Shown piece by piece: positions 42,398-51,100 of a stretch of 64,000 nt of DNA. Origin of the DNA: Rhizaria sp. SCN 62-66. Lineage: Eukaryota. Under the pieces are notes generated by a model, which had not been told where the DNA came from, ran no database searches, and worked only from the letters and a program-made list of their open reading frames with translations. A program made the translations under genes and the position numbers. Within the stretch, counting starts at the first letter, position 1; every line of letters begins with the position of its first letter. The DNA lies in NCBI GenBank assembly GCA_001724265.1, contig MEDY01000105.1, positions 1 through 64,000 on the forward strand, in the 5' to 3' direction.

Positions 42398-45300
42398 ATG
42401 AGTGCGCATCCGAGCGAAATGTCCTGGGTTGGCACCGGGTCAAATGACAAGCTACGCTGGATTGCGCTGGAGCGCCTCGACAAGTTCGTCTCGTCCGAGT
42501 TTTTCCCCGATGTCAACCTCAACAAGGAGGCCATCTATTCCCCTCTGCCCGACGCGACCATGACGCTCACGGCCTACTCGCCCTACGGCAACGACCACAA
42601 GACGCCGCTGCCCTCCGCGACCGCCCGCGCCGTCCGCCCCTCGTTTGCGGAAATGACGTCCGCGACCGTGCAGCCGCTGTACAAACCCGTCTCCGTGGGC
42701 GCCGTCTTCGGCCCTTCGTGGAGCACGCACTGGCTCCGCGTCAAGCTTTCAGTTCCACAGGGCCACTTCCCCGCGCACCAGCGCGCCGGCGCGGCGCTGC
42801 CGACGGACCCCGCGCGCGCGACGGGGCTGCCCGCGGAGGCAGAGGAAAGCGACGAGGTCCACTTCCTCTTCGACTGCAACTGCGAGGGCCTCGTGTGGCT
42901 GCGCGGGGAGCCGCGCCAGGCCTTTACGGGCGGCACGGGTCACGACCGCCGCGCCGAGTTTATCCTGCGCCCCGCGGACGCCGTCGAGCTTGCTGGCGGC
43001 AGCTACAAGTTCGACTTCTACGTGGAGATCGGCTGCAACGGCATGTTCGGCAACGCCGAGAACGACATCATCCGCTCGCCCAACCCGCTGCGCACCTTCA
43101 CGCTCGCCACGGCGGGCCCGCGCCGCTTTGACGCACTGTACCACCGGTTGTATTGGGACTTTTACGCCGTGGCGAACATCGCCAAGGAGCTTAAGGACCG
43201 CCCCGAGGGCCAGACGGCGCTGCGCGTGGCACACGAGGTCATCAACGCGCTGCGCCCGCGCGACCCCGCGACGCACGCGGCGGCCGTGGAGACGCTCGAG
43301 GCATACTTGCACTCGCCCGCGCACAAGGGCGGCGTGGCTGCGCATCTCCACAACAACCCCCTCGTGGCGGCCGACCTGGCCGCGAAGCTAGGTCTCGCCG
43401 ATGAGGCCGCGGAGCTCGCGCGCGCCGCCGCCGCCGACGCAGACGCCGCCGCCGCGCACGCCGCGTGCTACGCCGCTGCCGTGCTGCCCTCCGCGCGCGG
43501 CGCCGCCGCGGCCCGGAGCGGGCTGCCGGCGCACGCGGCCGCCGCGCCCGCGACCGAGGTGCCCGAACACGCCCACGCGCGCGCGGCGGCCGCGGTCCCC
43601 GAGTCGCTGCAGCGCGTCGCCGCGGTCGGCCACTGCCACATCGACACGGCGTGGCTGTGGCCGTACGCCGAGACGCGGCGCAAGGTCGCGCGGTCCTGGG
43701 CAACGCAGCTGGAGCTGGCGGCCAAGTACCCGCAGCACCGCTTCGCCTTCTCGCAGGCGCAGCAGATGGAGTGGCTGCGCCAGGACTACCCTGAGCTCTT
43801 CGCGCGCGTGTGCGCCGCGGTCAAGGCGGGGATCTTCTACCCTGTGGGCGGCACGTGGATTGAGCAGGACGCCAACATCCCCGGCTCCGAGGCCATGGTG
43901 CGCCAGTTCACTTACGGGCAGCGCTTCTTCCAAGAGCACTTTGGCATGCGCTCTCGCATCTTCTGGCTGCCCGACACGTTCGGCTACTGCGCGCAGCTGC
44001 CGCAGATTTTGCGCGGCGTCGGCCAGAAGTACTTCCTGACGCAGAAGCTGAGCTGGAATCTTATCAACGTGTTTCCATACCACTCGTTCCTATGGCGCGG
44101 CATCGACGGCTCGCAGGTGCTGGCCCACTTCCCACCCACCGACACGTACACGTCGAACATGGGCGTGGCCGAGGTGGTCAAGCACCAGTCTCAATACCGC
44201 GAGCGCGCCATCACGCGCGACTCCATGCTGCTCTTCGGCAACGGCGACGGCGGCGGCGGCCCCACGGCCGAGATGCTAGAGCGCCTGGACCGCCTCGACT
44301 CGGCGCCGGGGCTGCCGCACCTTACGCTCGACTCGCCCGAGGCCATGTTTGAGCGCATCGAGACCTCTGCGCCCGCGTTGCCGCGCTACGACGGCGAGCT
44401 GTACCTCGAGCTGCACCGCGGCACGTACACGACGCAGGCCGTCATCAAGGACGGCAATGCTACGCTGCAGCAGCTGCTGCACGATGCCGAGGCGCTCTCG
44501 ACGCTCGCGGCGACACTGACCGACAGCGAGGCCAAGGAGCCCGAGCTGTACCCGCGGCCCATTTTCGACGCCGCGTGGCATGGACTGCTGCTGAACCAGT
44601 TCCACGACGTGCTGCCCGGTTCCTGCATCCACCTCATCGTCGAGGACGCCGTTGAGATCTACCGCTCGCACGTCGCCGCCGTCGCTGCCGCCGTCGCGCG
44701 CGCGGCTGGCGTCATCGCGCGCACCTTCGGCTTTGTCCCCGTTGAGGCTGGCAAGGCCGCAAGCGGACTCGCCGTCATCAACCCGCTTCCGTTCCCACGC
44801 ACAGAAGTCATCGCCGTCCCCGACACAGCCACCGCCGCCATTACCGCGACTGCTGCTCTCGACGCGGACGACGACGCGGCCCGCCGTGACGGCAGCAAAC
44901 CCTACGGCGTGCCGTACCCGGCCGTGCTCAGCACGGGCGGTGACACGGCCTTCGCGTGCCGCGGCGCCTCGGCCCCACTGGCCTGCGCTAAGCCCGCCGC
45001 CGCCACGGGCGCCGCCGCCGCTGGTGCTGCCGCCGCGGGCGCCGCCGCCGCCACCCCGCCGCGTCTGGTGGCGGTGACGGTGCCCGCGATGGGCGTGACC
45101 TCAGTCGACATCAAGGCCGCGCTCGCCGCCGCCGACGCCGCGAACAGCAGCGCCGAGACGGGCCCCGCGGTCGTGGCCTACCGCGACCGCATCACGTACC
45201 TTGTCCCCGCCGTTGGCGTCCACGCTGCTGCGCGCGGCAGCGACGCGGCCGTCTGCGCCGGGGCGGGCGCAAAGGGCCTGGTGAAGGCGCTGGTGGCCAA

Positions 45301-47479
45301 GCAGCGCGCTCGCGCCTCGTGCCCCGCACTAGGCTCCGTGACCGGCTCCAACGGTGTCACCGTGCCCGGCGAGTCACAGGCGCAGCTGGACATGATGCTT
45401 CACCCGCGCGACGCGCTGCCCACACACGTGCCCGCCGCCTTCGTCCGCGGCGCGTCCCTGCGCTTCCGCCGCGCGCTCGCCCGCGCCGGCGCCGCGCCCG
45501 TGCTCCCGCCATGCGCGGCCGCCGCGGCCGTCGCGCCCGCGGGCGTGGCGCTGCGCGCGGTCACCGAGGACGTGATCGTACTGGAGAACGAGCTCGTGCG
45601 CTACGAGGTGTCGACCGCCACGGGCCGCGTCGTTCAGGCCTTTGACAAGCGGCCCGCCGCCGCGCCCGCGGGCAGCTACCGCCGCATCCTGCACACCGCC
45701 GGCGACGACCTGGTCGGCGCGCGCTTCCGCTCTGCGCACGCGGACCACGTTTTCGAGCGCTTCGCCGAGGGCGCGGCCGCGATCGCGCGCGGCGACTGCT
45801 CGGCCAACACCTGCGCGCTCGACGCGCGCGCCTGGGAGGCTGACGGGACGCCGCTGACCGCGCTAGGCCTCTCGCCGGCGCAGGCTGCGACCGCGGCCGC
45901 GGCGATGGCGGCGGCGGCGACGGCCGCTGATGAGAGCGGCGACGCGGCGGCGCGCAAGCCGTCCAGCTCGCCCGCGCTGTCATGGGTGGTCACCGACGTT
46001 GAGTCCGCCTCGGGGTCGCCCTCCAAGGAGAAGAATTGCGCCGGCACCGGCGACCGCAGCGCCATCCGCGTGCCTCGCCGCGCCGGCGCCGCCGCCGCTG
46101 TGGCCGCGACTGCAGTTGTGGCTGCGAGCGAGGCCGAGAGCAAGAGCTGCGGCGCCGCGGCCGACGCTGCGACCGCGCACGTTGCCGCGGAGGCGGTGTT
46201 GCAAGCTGCCCTGCACGCGCACCCCGGCTTGACTTCGCGCCAGGTCGTCGAGCAGCTGGCGCACGAGGTGAGCGCGGGCGGCAACGCGCTGTACATCTAC
46301 AGCGATCTGCCGCTCTACTGGGACGCGTGGGACGTCGAGCTCTATCACCTGCAGTCGCGCCGGCCGTTGACCGCGAGCTCCGTCGTTGTCGCCGAAGCCA
46401 GCGGGCTGCGCGGCAGCGTCGCCGTGACCTACAACCTCGGCCACGCCAAGAAGAGCGCCGGCGCCTGCGCCAGCGTTGGCGCAAGCGCGGGAGCGGCGCG
46501 TAACGAGGACGACGACACGCTGCAGCAGCGGCTGACGCTGTCCGCGGGCTCCGCGCTGCTGGCGATCGACTGCCGTGCCGACTGGCGACTCGCGGCGCAC
46601 GAGATGCTCAAGGCTGAGTTTCCTTTCGCCGTGCGCGCCTCCACGGCCACGTACGAGATCCAGTTCGGCTCCGCCGCGCGCGCCGCACACACTAACTCCT
46701 CCATTGATCTGGCTAAGTTTGAGGTCTGCGCGCAGCGCTGGGCTGCGGCCGGCGACGGCGCCTACACCGTGGGGCTGCTGACCAAGGCCAAGCACGGCTT
46801 CCACTGCAAGCAGGCCGTCATGTCGCTGTCGCTGTTGCGGTCCCCCACGCGCCCCGACGACCAGTGCGACCTCCACGTGCACTCGTTCGCGCTCGCGCTC
46901 GCGCCGTACACCGCGGGCGTGGCCGACTGCGACATCACGCGCGACGCGCAAGCCTTCAACGCGCCCCTCCTCGCGCTCCCGGTGGTCTCCGCCGCCAGCC
47001 CCAACGTCGCGGTCAGCCTCGTCGGCAGCGCGAGCCGCGGCCGCAGCGTGCTGGTCGAGACGGTGAAGCTGGCCGAGACCACCATCGCCGGCTTCGAGCC
47101 CGACGCGCTGTGCAAGCCGGTCAAGAGCCTCTGCATCGCTAAGAGCGGCGCCGCCGCCGAACCGAGCCAGCGCGACGTGGTGCTGCGCGCCTACGAAAGC
47201 GCGGGCGCGGCCACGGTTGCCACGGTGTGGGTGCTGCAGGCGGCGCTGCGCGGGGCCGCCAAGGGCCGCGTGCGCGGCGTCGCGTGCAACATGTTGGAGG
47301 AGACCGAGGCCGAGCTGGCCGTCGACGGGCCGCGCGACCTCACCGACGAGGAGCGCGCGCAGGCGTACGGCGCCGAGGCTGCGGCACAGGGCGCGGGCAA
47401 GGGGCAGAAGGCGTTCTCGGTGCAGCTGCCGTTCCGTGCGTTCGACATCAAGACGGTGCGCTTCACCGTGAGCAAGTAA
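42398..47479 (+). CDS. MAN2C1: Cytosolic/vacuolar alpha-mannosidase, GH38 (MAN2C1/Ams1 type), 1693 aa, single exon
   Basis: GHCHIDTAWLWP (Zn ligands), FWLPDTFGY (nucleophile), FLTQKLSWN, FGNGDGGGGP, GELYLELHRGTYTTQ, LLNQFHDVLPGS, WDAWDVE, ATYEIQFG, SLSLLRSP. No signal peptide. Stop is TAA. Confidence 0.95.
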   Translation: MSAHPSEMSWVGTGSNDKLRWIALERLDKFVSSEFFPDVNLNKEAIYSPLPDATMTLTAYSPYGNDHKTPLPSATARAVRPSFAEMTSATVQPLYKPVSVGAVFGPSWSTHWLRVKLSVPQGHFPAHQRAGAALPTDPARATGLPAEAEESDEVHFLFDCNCEGLVWLRGEPRQAFTGGTGHDRRAEFILRPADAVELAGGSYKFDFYVEIGCNGMFGNAENDIIRSPNPLRTFTLATAGPRRFDALYHRLYWDFYAVANIAKELKDRPEGQTALRVAHEVINALRPRDPATHAAAVETLEAYLHSPAHKGGVAAHLHNNPLVAADLAAKLGLADEAAELARAAAADADAAAAHAACYAAAVLPSARGAAAARSGLPAHAAAAPATEVPEHAHARAAAAVPESLQRVAAVGHCHIDTAWLWPYAETRRKVARSWATQLELAAKYPQHRFAFSQAQQMEWLRQDYPELFARVCAAVKAGIFYPVGGTWIEQDANIPGSEAMVRQFTYGQRFFQEHFGMRSRIFWLPDTFGYCAQLPQILRGVGQKYFLTQKLSWNLINVFPYHSFLWRGIDGSQVLAHFPPTDTYTSNMGVAEVVKHQSQYRERAITRDSMLLFGNGDGGGGPTAEMLERLDRLDSAPGLPHLTLDSPEAMFERIETSAPALPRYDGELYLELHRGTYTTQAVIKDGNATLQQLLHDAEALSTLAATLTDSEAKEPELYPRPIFDAAWHGLLLNQFHDVLPGSCIHLIVEDAVEIYRSHVAAVAAAVARAAGVIARTFGFVPVEAGKAASGLAVINPLPFPRTEVIAVPDTATAAITATAALDADDDAARRDGSKPYGVPYPAVLSTGGDTAFACRGASAPLACAKPAAATGAAAAGAAAAGAAAATPPRLVAVTVPAMGVTSVDIKAALAAADAANSSAETGPAVVAYRDRITYLVPAVGVHAAARGSDAAVCAGAGAKGLVKALVAKQRARASCPALGSVTGSNGVTVPGESQAQLDMMLHPRDALPTHVPAAFVRGASLRFRRALARAGAAPVLPPCAAAAAVAPAGVALRAVTEDVIVLENELVRYEVSTATGRVVQAFDKRPAAAPAGSYRRILHTAGDDLVGARFRSAHADHVFERFAEGAAAIARGDCSANTCALDARAWEADGTPLTALGLSPAQAATAAAAMAAAATAADESGDAAARKPSSSPALSWVVTDVESASGSPSKEKNCAGTGDRSAIRVPRRAGAAAAVAATAVVAASEAESKSCGAAADAATAHVAAEAVLQAALHAHPGLTSRQVVEQLAHEVSAGGNALYIYSDLPLYWDAWDVELYHLQSRRPLTASSVVVAEASGLRGSVAVTYNLGHAKKSAGACASVGASAGAARNEDDDTLQQRLTLSAGSALLAIDCRADWRLAAHEMLKAEFPFAVRASTATYEIQFGSAARAAHTNSSIDLAKFEVCAQRWAAAGDGAYTVGLLTKAKHGFHCKQAVMSLSLLRSPTRPDDQCDLHVHSFALALAPYTAGVADCDITRDAQAFNAPLLALPVVSAASPNVAVSLVGSASRGRSVLVETVKLAETTIAGFEPDALCKPVKSLCIAKSGAAAEPSQRDVVLRAYESAGAATVATVWVLQAALRGAAKGRVRGVACNMLEETEAELAVDGPRDLTDEERAQAYGAEAAAQGAGKGQKAFSVQLPFRAFDIKTVRFTVSK

Positions 47480-48155
47480 AGGCAAGTGTAACGCTAATGA
47501 CTCGACTCGAGTTTTTAGGTTGCGTGAATCGGTTTACATGTTCACGGCACGTAGGTCGAACGTGCGTGCCTCTGTTGGTTACGTTGTATGATGAATAATG
47601 TTATTTTCAAGGCGAATATGTTTCGTACCCGAGCTTGTTTGCTGTTTTGTATTAGTTGCACACTTCAAGTGCATCTGTTGCTGAGGCCATCATGGAGGCG
47701 ATTTGTATGGACGGATGAGTCACTGTAGAGTAATAAAATCATGTCTCAATGTATTCATGCTTCGTAAATGTAACTTCAAGTTTTTAAATCAGCTGCTTTT
47801 ATCCCACGTTTTGTTGAACTTGCAACCGACGGGTGCGACTGCAGAGACGGCCAGTTCACTGGTCGAAGCCCGGCTCACGGTCACACTGGGAATGCGCTTT
47901 CGGAACTCGCGAACTGGCCCGCTCATATCCATCAAACAAAGGAGTGTTTGCGATATGTTAAAATAATCTGCATAGTGATTTTGTATTCTAAATTAAATGC
48001 GCTATGTCCTTTTTTGGGCTGCTCTAGACACATGCGACCGCTGGCTCACTCCGCACCACTTGTTCGATCCTCGCCCTTTCGCCTAGAATCCGCTTCAAAC
48101 AACGCAACCGAACTTATATTTAAACCATCGCCACAGACACGCCGAGTTAAACGCT

Positions 48156-51100
48156 ATGTTTAACTGTTCCGCCACCATTGCGCGTCTGCGCACGGCTGGC
48201 GGCGCCCGTCTCCCGCAGGCTGCGCTGCACTCACGCCGCCCTGCGGCCGCTTCTGTCGTCCCCGCGGCCGCGGCCTCCACTACTACACAGCCCACCACCG
48301 GCATCGCACCCGCACCCCGCGCTCGCGTCGCGCGCTGCGACGCTGCCCCCGCGCTGCCCGCGGTCCCGCGCGCGACGTTCGCGACCTCTCGTCGCAACAA
48401 CGGCTCCGCAGACTCCGCTGCCTCGAGCTCCGACGCAGCCAGCCGCCCCCGCGGCCAGCTGGCAGCGGACGGCTCGGTCGACCTTGATGCGATGTTCGGC
48501 TCCGCGCGCGGCGCCGCGGGCCTCGGCAGCCACCGCGAAGATGAGGCCGCCGACGCCGAGACGCAAGAACTCATGGACCAGGTCGCCGGCCGGACGCGGC
48601 GCCCCCGCCCCCGCGGCGACGGCGCGGACGACGCCGACGACGACGCGCAGGCGGACTACCACGAGGACGACTTCTGGGACAGCGTCGAGGACGAGGGCTC
48701 GGTCACCATGAACGGCCAGGCCATGGGACTCTCGAAGGCGCAGCTGGAGGCGGTGCGCGCGGCTGCCAAGGAGCGCCGTGCCGCCCGCGCACGCGGCTCG
48801 GGAGCCAACACTGGCGTGCGGCTGCTGGACGCGGCCGAATCGGAGGTCGAGCGCGGCTTCCCCACGCCCGCCGAGGTGGCCGCGCTCGACACGCAGGCCT
48901 TCGACGTCGACGACGAGTACGCCCACGAGCTCACGCCCGAGGAAGAGAGGTACTATTTCGGCGACGCCGCCGACAGCACCGACATCGACCCGCGCACGGG
49001 GCTCCCGCGCCAGCCGCGCCGCAAGGCCAATAAGAGCAAGAAGGCCGCCGTCGATGGCGGGGAAGAGCAGGACGCTGACGCCGACGAAGATGACGAGTTC
49101 GCTGACGAGACAATTTCGCAGCGCCGCCGCCGCCTGCGCCCGCCGCAGCTGCCGGATGACCGCGCGACGTCCAAGGCCGTGCTGCGGTTCGCGCGCACGG
49201 TGCCCGGCGACGCGCCATTGCCGCGCGACCTGCAGGTGCGCGTGAACCAGATCCTGCACGACGCGCAGTACAAGAAGGGCCGCGACGAGCACTTCTTCGC
49301 TAAGGACCTCGAGGTGTGGTACGTCGCCAACCGACTCCCCGTCGTGTTCTCAGTGCTGCGCCGCGTGCTGACCGAGGTGTCAAACCGCGTCCCCGGGTTC
49401 GCGCCGCGCAACGTGCTCGAGTTCGCCGCCGGCGCCAGCGCGGGGCTCTGGGCCACGCGCGAGGTGTTTTACCAGGACTTCGCTAAGTACACGTGCATCG
49501 AGCGCGACGGCCGGCTCGCGCTCATGGGCCAGCAGCTCACCTCGGATCTGGGAGTACACATCGTGTACCGCCCGCGCCTGCCCACGCTCGCCACGCTCGA
49601 GGCCGAGGCGAGGGCGCACGCCGAGGCGCAGCGCCGCCGCCGCCGCCGCGGCGCGCCCGTGTTCGTTAAGAACGCCCCGCCGCCGATGTCTGCGGGCGGG
49701 CAGGATCTGGTGATTGCGGCCTACGCGCTGTCGAAGCAGCCCAACGCCGAGTACCGGCGGCAACTGCTCGAGGCGCTGTGGGAGCAGGTGAACCCCGACG
49801 GCGGGCTGCTTCTGCTCGTCGAGTCCGCGGACCAAACGGCGCACGGCTTCAACGTCATCCGTGAGTCCCGCGACTACCTGCTCCGCAAGTACCCTTCCGA
49901 CGCCGCGCGCGAAGCGGTCGGCGGCGGGAAGCTCGGCCGTTTCCACAGCAATGAGGGTGCGGAGCCTGCGGCGACGGCGGTGCTGCCCTGCGCGCACGAC
50001 AAGCCGTGCCCGATGGGCGCGATGCAGGAGCTCAAGGAGGAGTTCTACAAGCTGCGCGCGCGTGCGCGGCTGCAGCAGGAGTACGTGTCGATCCCGCGCG
50101 TACCGCTCACGGTGTGCAAGTTCGGCGAACGCATGCTGCGCAAGCCGCTGCCGTCACAGTCGCCGCTGCAGGACCTCCGCATCCCCGCCCACCTGGGCGA
50201 CGCGGTGCTGGAGAACTTCTCCTATGTCGTGCTGCAGCGCGGCCGCCCGCGCTCGCTGCCCGCCGACGCCTTCGACCTGGAGCCGCCGCCGCGCGAGGCG
50301 CCGCCAGTGCTGCACCCCGTGGTGGACTCGGTGGCCGCGGAGCAGGAGGAAGCCACGGCGCGCGCCGCCGTCGGCTACGAGGCCATCGTGTCGGCGCGCG
50401 CGGCGGCCGAGGCCGCGCTGGGGCTGCCGCAGACGCGCATGCCGACGCTGCTGGATCTGGGCTACACGCCTTCGGAGACGGCCGTGAGTAACCCGCTGAT
50501 GTTCGCGTCGCGCGCGCCCGGGGCCGCGCCAGAGTTCGAGGTCATGACGCGCACGCCGGGACACCCGCGCAGCGCCGCCGAGGCCGCCGCCGCGACACCG
50601 CCCGCGCCTGTGTATGGAAACCACAGCAACAGCGAGGCCGGCGTGGCGGCCGCGACTGCGGCTGCGGCAGCTGCGGTGGCCGCCAACCCCCTCTTGGCCG
50701 GCAACGTCCCCGCAACTCTCGCTGATATCGGTAGCAGCACCGGCGGCGCTAGCCACCGCAGTCTGGCCACGGTCGGCCAGCGCTTCCCCGAGACCCTGGC
50801 GCCGCCCGCGAGCGCGGGCCCCGCCCTGGCGCTGTCGGGGCTGCGGCCCGAGGATTACTCGAGCGACAACGTGCTGCGCGCGCTGCCCACGGTCGCGCTC
50901 GCCGCGCTTAACGCGCTGACGGCGCTGGACCCCATGGCGGCCAAACTGCTCGCGCGCGACCTCTTCGGCGGCGCGCGCGTGGACCTGCAGGGTGACGCCA
51001 AGCACCAGGGCACGACGCGCAAGGACAAGCTCGCGGCCCGCGCGCTGCGCGCGATGCTCGAGGCCGAGCGTGCCTCTGCGCTTGGCGTGGTCGACGCCGA

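Noticed and set aside
48035-48090. tRNA-like A/B-box motifs (TGGCTCA...GTTCGATCC), checked as a possible suppressor tRNA
   Set aside because: Spacing is too short and no cloverleaf forms; I could not find a tRNA gene in the window by eye.
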